A stretch of DNA of 64,000 nucleotides from a virus (Duplodnaviria; Caudoviricetes): positions 1-64,000 of IMG/VR virus record IMGVR_UViG_3300027804_000001; one strand, 5' to 3'. Below the pieces are notes generated by a model. That model searched no databases and had not been told where the DNA came from. It saw nothing but the letters and a program-made list of their open reading frames with translations. Below, in pieces: positions 58,878 through 64,000 of this stretch (the stretch's first letter is position 1; each line of letters opens with the position of its first letter). The position numbers and the translations under genes are program-made.

Positions 58878-58907
58878 AAATAATAATAAATTATTTATAT
58901 TTTTAAT

Positions 58908-59090
58908 ATGGGATACACTAACTCTGATTTAATGGAAGAGATTATGATTCTTTCTTTTGAAGAAGGAATTATTAATGATGTGAGAGAAGAGGTAATGAGG
59001 ATATTAAATAATAATCAAACTTTACCTTTATACGAAATATATGAAATGGCGTATAATAAAATCTCGAAAAAAAATTTTAAAAATAATTGA
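58908..59090 (+). CDS. Hypothetical protein
   Basis: 60-aa ORF with upstream TATTTATA. Confidence 0.55.
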   Translation: MGYTNSDLMEEIMILSFEEGIINDVREEVMRILNNNQTLPLYEIYEMAYNKISKKNFKNN

Positions 59091-59097
59091 CAAAAAT

Positions 59098-59128
59098 TTT
59101 GTTTTTAAATAAACTCTTCGTATATTTG
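59098..59128 (+). promoter_or_regulatory. Bacteroidota-type promoter for the giant ncRNA
   Basis: TTTG (59098-59101) N19 TATATTTG (59121-59128). Confidence 0.75.
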
Positions 59129-59167
59129 TAAAACAATCGGAAACGATAAGTTCTTTGACTAAAAATA

Positions 59168-59977
59168 TTGGCCGCCTATGGTCATTAAATAAACTGTGAA
59201 AGCAGTATAAAGTGAATCTGAATTAGTTATTCAGGTTTGCGGTTTCAGAAATGGAACTTGAGTAGGCAAGCGGGATATCATCGAACCTTAAGTACTGAGG
59301 GTGACACTTTAGGGAAAGTGGTTTGGTGACCAAGCGATACCGGTCGTTTGGTTGAGGTGGGAACACCAATAAGAATAACTCGTAGAATTATTGTAAAAAG
59401 TATGGTCTCCAACTATACAATTGCGTGATTCAATACAATGGGAATCTTAAAACCGAAAGGTATGGTGATGTACAGGTGGTGCTGTTATTATCCTTGATTT
59501 GAATCTACCAAGATTCTTATCTCGAAGGGGTCCAAAAGTATGGAGGTAGGGATATCTCAGAGGGTAGTTTAGTATCGTGTTGTTCAAAAGATGACATGTC
59601 TGGTGACGAGCCACTACCTTCCAAATCGGTAACTAAAATCATTTTGTTAATTTTGGTTTAACAAACTTAAATACAAAAGGAAAAGTGCTCGTCAGTCGTT
59701 AGAGACAGGTGACTACATAGTCGTGAGGGGTTCACGGCCACAAAGGGTCCCAAGCCCAATGTGAATTGTAAGAAAGTTCTCTAGTCCCGCAAGGATTAAT
59801 CGGGGTGGCAACCTCGAAGAGTAATGAGTAAGATGAGAGTATCTAATGACTTAAGGATTGGTTAATCTAATTGACCGTCACTGGTTGGTACAGTTCAAAA
59901 GACTGTGGATAAGAAAGGAAACAATAATCTTTCTAAAGTCAACTACTAAAACTTGTAATCTCAGAGTTTTGTTTTTT
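59168..59977 (+). ncRNA. GOLLD-like giant structured ncRNA (~800 nt; ends approximate)
   Basis: ORF-free, GC-richer tract with many short GNRA-type hairpins (CCGAAAGG, CCCGCAAGG), own promoter and boxA, next to a tRNA array; size and context match GOLLD. No covariance-model search run. Confidence 0.7.
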
Positions 59978-60039
59978 AGTTTTAATAAACTAAATGGTGG
60001 AAGAGACCTCACAAAAATATTAACCGTGCGGCCCCAAAT

Positions 60040-60069
60040 CAAGTCAGAATATTTCTGACTTTTTTTTTG
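60040..60069 (+). terminator. Intrinsic terminator downstream of the giant ncRNA
   Basis: AAGTCAGA-ATATT-TCTGACTT-TTTTTTT. Confidence 0.8.
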
Positions 60070-60100
60070 CATATTAAAAAATATTTTTTATATTATTAAA

Positions 60101-60856
60101 ATGAGAATTGTTTGTATATCTGATACACATAGTCTCCATAAAAATATGGAGAAATATGGACCATTACCCGAAGGTGATGTATTAATACATGCGGGTGATT
60201 GTACAAACAAAGGAGAAAAACGTGATGTAGAAGAATTTGTTCATTGGTTTATGAACATAAAAGGATTTGATTCTAAAATTTTTATTGCCGGTAATCACGA
60301 TTTTGCATTTGAAGAACATAGATATCCACATCATAAAGGTGAATACGATTGGTTTCATCATTTAATGACACCTGAAAATTTATCACAATCAGATGTTGTG
60401 TATCTTGAAGATAGTGAGTTCATAATTGAATCACCTGAATTTAATAGACCAATAAAATTTTATGGATCGCCTTGGCAACCGGAGTTTTATAATTGGGCAT
60501 TTAATTTACCAAGACTTGGTGAAGATTTAAAAAGATATTGGTCAATGATTCCTGATGATACTGATGTATTAATTACCCACGGACCACCTAATGAAGCGAG
60601 GGATTTTGTAAATAATTGGAGACAAGGTAGTATTAATGTTGGGTGTGAATTATTACGTCATCGTGTAGATGAAATAAAACCTTTGTTACATGTGTTTGGT
60701 CACATTCACGGAGGTTATGGTGGTGCTTATATTAAAGACACTCTTTTTGTTAATGCATCAATTTGTACAGAACAATACATACCATCAAATAAACCCATTG
60801 TAATTGAATTAAAAGAATTCGATGGAAATATAGAAGCAATTTATGTCGAAGAATAA
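60101..60856 (+). CDS. Calcineurin-like metallophosphoesterase (MPPED/239FB type)
   Basis: ISDTH, HAGD, IAGNHD, LITHGPP, VFGHIH. Confidence 0.92.
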   Translation: MRIVCISDTHSLHKNMEKYGPLPEGDVLIHAGDCTNKGEKRDVEEFVHWFMNIKGFDSKIFIAGNHDFAFEEHRYPHHKGEYDWFHHLMTPENLSQSDVVYLEDSEFIIESPEFNRPIKFYGSPWQPEFYNWAFNLPRLGEDLKRYWSMIPDDTDVLITHGPPNEARDFVNNWRQGSINVGCELLRHRVDEIKPLLHVFGHIHGGYGGAYIKDTLFVNASICTEQYIPSNKPIVIELKEFDGNIEAIYVEE

Positions 60857-61526
60857 TCAACCTGTAAGTGTTATAATACCAACACGTCAAATAGATGATG
60901 ACTATTTGAAACATGTGAGTAAGATGTTTTCACATCCTAAAACTGAAATAATTGTTTATGAAAATAATGGTGAAGAATCTTTACCACAAATTTATAATAA
61001 AGGTTTAGAAGAATCGACATACGATATTGTTGTTTTTATGCATGACGATTTAATTATTGAGACGACAAATATTACACCTAAAATTGTTAAATTATTTGAT
61101 AAAAATCTTGAGTATGGTATTTTAGGTTTAGCAGGAACAAATAATTTATTAAGTGGAATGTGGTGGCAAGATAGAACATCTATGTATGGTGTTGTTGGTC
61201 ATGAACATAATGGAAAAAGACATGTGAATTATTATTCAAAACAAATGTTCACTGAGACACCTAAAGAAGTGGTTGTTGTTGATGGATTATTTATGATGGT
61301 TCATAAAAAAAGAATCAAACATAAATTCAACGAACAGTTTGAAGGTTTTCATTTTTACGATTTACCAATATGTCTTGATAATCATTTGGATGGGGTTAAA
61401 ATTGGAGTTACAACTAGAATTAGAGTAACACACAAATCAATAGGAATGGTTAATAAAAAATGGGAGAAGAATAAACTTCTATTTGAGGCGTTATATGAAA
61501 AAAACTTTCCTTTGGTAATATCATAA
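60843..61526 (+). CDS. Glycosyltransferase family 2-like protein
   Basis: YNKGL...DIVVFMHDDL, VVVDGLF, FHFYDL. Confidence 0.8.
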   Translation: MSKNNQPVSVIIPTRQIDDDYLKHVSKMFSHPKTEIIVYENNGEESLPQIYNKGLEESTYDIVVFMHDDLIIETTNITPKIVKLFDKNLEYGILGLAGTNNLLSGMWWQDRTSMYGVVGHEHNGKRHVNYYSKQMFTETPKEVVVVDGLFMMVHKKRIKHKFNEQFEGFHFYDLPICLDNHLDGVKIGVTTRIRVTHKSIGMVNKKWEKNKLLFEALYEKNFPLVIS

Positions 61527-61561
61527 AATATTTATATCTTTACATTAGTTCTTTAAAATAT

Positions 61562-61955
61562 GGGGGTGTCTGGTATTGATTGGCGTTAATATGATAGGTG
61601 GGCACGTAGTCGGATGTCATCTACGACTTTAATCAACGGTGGTAAAATTCAAACGGCAACGTTTACAACAAAATGGAAGCTTGCGGATTAATTGCAACTT
61701 CTAACGTAGCAGTAGCCTAAGGCGAGACTACATTCGGGTCGGTTAGGACATTAACCTAGGAACAGAAGTCCAATATACGGGTCACAGGTCAGAGCTCGTT
61801 TAAAATAATTCTGAGACCAGGTTGTTTATAGGTTGGTTTCCCACATACATCAAACCTAATATTTCGGAACATTGAGAAACAATGTTGTAATAAACGTGTA
61901 GTCCATTTATGGTATTGCGAGCAAGACACGGGTTCGACTCCCGTCACCTCCACCA
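61562..61955 (+). ncRNA. ssrA: tmRNA; predicted tag (A)GNVYNKMEACGLIATSNVAVA at 61655-61720
   Basis: Acceptor GGGGGTG/CACCTCC-A-CCA with G3-U70; T arm ACGGG-TTCGACT-CCCGT; internal short reading frame ending in Ala. Confidence 0.93.
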
Positions 61956-61960
61956 AAAGT

Positions 61961-61986
61961 AAAACCCCTCTATTGAGGGGTTTTTT
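61961..61986. terminator. Bidirectional terminator after tmRNA
   Basis: AAAACCCCTC-TATT-GAGGGGTTTTTT. Confidence 0.85.
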
Positions 61987-62045
61987 ATATGTTTATAAAT
62001 ATAAATCGATGTTTCACGTGAAATTATATGTATTAAAATATAATA

Positions 62046-62534
62046 TTAATCCTTAGATTTATTAATATTTGGGTCAGACATATTCTGAATATATGCATCC
62101 ACTAATCTACTAACAGCCTCAGGTTTTTCGTCAGCTTTGAATTTTACTTTAATTTTAGCCATTCCTGACCTATCAGTATTTTTCCCTGAATCAACTTCAA
62201 TACCCTTAATATTATGTTTGTATCCCCTTTTTTTAAATAAACCTAATAATGATTTTTTGAGATCTGAAACGCTAGATTGATCCTCTCCAAATATTAGTCT
62301 GGCTTCAAACTCTATCTCTAATTCATCTAACCCAATAGAAGAGTGATCTGCTAGAATATAAAGAGGTACATCTAAATCCTTACCCCCAATTGTGAAGGTT
62401 TGTATTATAGGTGTACCGTCTTCATTAAAATAGTTTCTGATAGCATTAATATGCTGTCTTTCACTTATACCTTGAGAAACCATCGCAGCCTCTAAGAGAC
62501 CCCCAACCAATTCTTCTATATTTAATCTTGCCAT
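62046..62534 (-). CDS. DUF2589-like protein
   Basis: LDVPLYILADHSSIGLDELEIEFEA...AKIKVKFKADEKPEAVSRL. Confidence 0.7.
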   Translation of the reverse strand: MARLNIEELVGGLLEAAMVSQGISERQHINAIRNYFNEDGTPIIQTFTIGGKDLDVPLYILADHSSIGLDELEIEFEARLIFGEDQSSVSDLKKSLLGLFKKRGYKHNIKGIEVDSGKNTDRSGMAKIKVKFKADEKPEAVSRLVDAYIQNMSDPNINKSKD

Positions 62535-62584
62535 AAAACTAATTTATATTATAATATAACATAAATTATTGACAAAATCAATTA

Positions 62585-63184
62585 TTATTTACTTGGGTCT
62601 GCTGTAAGTGGAATTAAAGATGGTTCTAACATTTGAGTTAGATAATCTGATAATTTCAACATACCTTCAGTCGGTGGTAATTGTTCAGCATGTACTTTTA
62701 CTTCATATTTTGCTGAATTATCTGTACTTCTTGTGTTTTCCTTATGTGTTGCAACTTTACCAGCAACTGTCGCTGAGAATTTCATACCCCACCAACTTGC
62801 AGATGCTGAAGCCGAATAAGATGTTTCACTATCTGAACTTTCTTTTGATGTTTCAGACGTTTTAACTTCCATAGTAAAGTTGATGTCCGCAGAAGTTATT
62901 GCTAATGAAGGAAGCGGGACTAATGGTAACATAGGAACCTTATTATACAATTTCTGTATAGTTTGTTCACCTGTCGCACCGTCGGTAACTACTCTGTTCA
63001 TTTCAACATCCAAAGAACGAGCAACATTCTTTTTAGTTTTCTCATCTTGTTCAAAAGCCACTTCGGAGATGTATCTCCAAGTTACCTCATTTAATTTTGC
63101 TTGACCCTTAGCCATCCCGACTATAGGTGAAACAATTAGATCCTCAATTGGAAGACCCGCAAATTGATCTGCAATACCCGCCAT
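62585..63184 (-). CDS. DUF2589-like protein
   Basis: FAGLPIEDLIVSP...AKGQAKL, VPMLPLVPLPSLAI, RSTDNSAKYEVKVHAEQLPPTEG. Confidence 0.8.
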   Translation of the reverse strand: MAGIADQFAGLPIEDLIVSPIVGMAKGQAKLNEVTWRYISEVAFEQDEKTKKNVARSLDVEMNRVVTDGATGEQTIQKLYNKVPMLPLVPLPSLAITSADINFTMEVKTSETSKESSDSETSYSASASASWWGMKFSATVAGKVATHKENTRSTDNSAKYEVKVHAEQLPPTEGMLKLSDYLTQMLEPSLIPLTADPSK

Positions 63185-63244
63185 AATTTTTTATTTAATT
63201 TTTGGTTTATTAACTATAAATATCTCACATTTAATTAAAAGGAT

Positions 63245-63448
63245 TTAACCAAATTTAACCATTCCCTTGTACTGGTTTTTTATTTTTTTAATTTCATTCA
63301 TTGCCTCATTATATGATTTTTTAATGTCTTCATTAACCGTAAAATCGAGTATTGTTTTACAGTTGGGACAGGCAGATATGGGATGTTTTATAATAAACTC
63401 TAAGGTTAAACCCAATGGGGTTTTACACATGGGACAAGGTAACGACAT
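63245..63448 (-). CDS. Small zinc-finger protein (CxxC...CxxC)
   Basis: MSLPCPMCK...ACPNCK; start moved to ATG 63448. Confidence 0.75.
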   Translation of the reverse strand: MSLPCPMCKTPLGLTLEFIIKHPISACPNCKTILDFTVNEDIKKSYNEAMNEIKKIKNQYKGMVKFG

Positions 63449-63594
63449 ATTAAAATATAAATAAAAAGAGTAACAATGTAAACGAACAAAGAGGTCTTTA
63501 GGACCCCTTTGCCGAGATAAAATACCTCCCTTTCGTTTAATCATGTTATCACCTAACGGCGACCAAACCAATTAGGTTCTAATATAAATATCTC

Positions 63595-63996
63595 TTAAGT
63601 ATATAAACGTGCTAAAGTTTTTAACCAAGCCAAATTCATAAGAGCACTTCCCGCATCGGCAATACCCGATGAATCATTACCATTTAACGAATTTAATTCT
63701 TCTTGTGATACAACACCACCTTGATTTATCATTTGACTAAATCTCGGGTCATTTGCTAATTGTTCTCTAAATTGAGAATCGGTTTGAAGTTTCTCTTGAA
63801 AAGATTCAAAATTTGGTAAACCAAAAATATCCAATATTCCATTAGCAATTATAAATTGTTTTATTAAGTTCCTTCTGTCTTTTCTACCAGTTCTAACAAT
63901 ATACCACCAATTTTTTATCCAGTTACTTGGTTTCTGTCCATTTTTTACAATGTATTTTGCAAGTCTTTCTTCTCTAAAAAAGTTTTTTATACCCAT
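63595..63996 (-). CDS. Hypothetical protein
   Basis: 133-aa ORF at the right edge. Confidence 0.65.
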   Translation of the reverse strand: MGIKNFFREERLAKYIVKNGQKPSNWIKNWWYIVRTGRKDRRNLIKQFIIANGILDIFGLPNFESFQEKLQTDSQFREQLANDPRFSQMINQGGVVSQEELNSLNGNDSSGIADAGSALMNLAWLKTLARLYT

Positions 63997-64000
63997 TGCA

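Noticed and set aside
59720-59770. GGTCCCAAGCCC matching the twister ribozyme P4/L4 sequence
   Set aside because: The U-A-A cleavage junction and P1/P2 order of twister are not found; better explained as a hairpin within the GOLLD-like RNA.
59858-60072. ORFs 59858-60058 and 59878-60072
   Set aside because: They lie in the 3' part of the giant ncRNA and its terminator and have no protein-like features.
63245-63571. 108-aa version of the zinc-finger ORF and overlapping 63267-63464
   Set aside because: The upstream extension runs through a structured leader and starts from a non-ATG codon; ATG 63448 gives a compact zinc finger, and the other frame is a shadow.

Overview
AT-rich 64-kb segment of a large T4-like tailed phage genome, almost certainly infecting a Bacteroidota host: it has TTTG-N19-20-TAnnTTTG promoters, MKK-type signal peptides, and a Bacteroidota-like bS21 and tmRNA tag. 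The standard genetic code reads through cleanly. Layout: (1) 1-22150: a collagen-like G-T-S fibre gene running off the left edge (missing from the ORF track), virion-associated proteins, glycosyl/acetyl/sulfotransferases, dUTPase, PhoH, a gp55-like sigma factor and dCMP deaminase; (2) 22196-34640: head morphogenesis block (major capsid, scaffold, prohead protease, portal, large terminase) with an antisense bS21 gene; (3) 34711-42301: nucleotidyltransferase, KTSC, Hsp20, N-domain-less ClpC and an RNA-repair cluster (kinase, Rnl1 ligase, cyclic-phosphate receiver domain); (4) 42395-53505: a cluster of exported/outer-membrane proteins (CsgG-like, beta-barrel-like, lipoproteins, C-type lectin, cohesin/dockerin-like); (5) 54000-62000: 27 tRNA or tRNA-like genes covering all 20 amino acids, a GOLLD-like giant ncRNA and a tmRNA; (6) 62046-63996: a DUF2589-like pair and small genes. 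Standout observation: each of the two tRNA blocks is preceded by a 34-codon leader peptide with mutually exclusive antiterminator/terminator hairpins, and the codons of each leader match the anticodons of the tRNAs in its own downstream block, down to synonymous codon choice (AGA/ATA/AGT vs CGN/ATY/TCN). This looks like a ribosome-dependent attenuation system that senses shortage of specific tRNAs and switches on their phage replacements. All family assignments are from motif recognition by eye; no database searches or folding programs were run.
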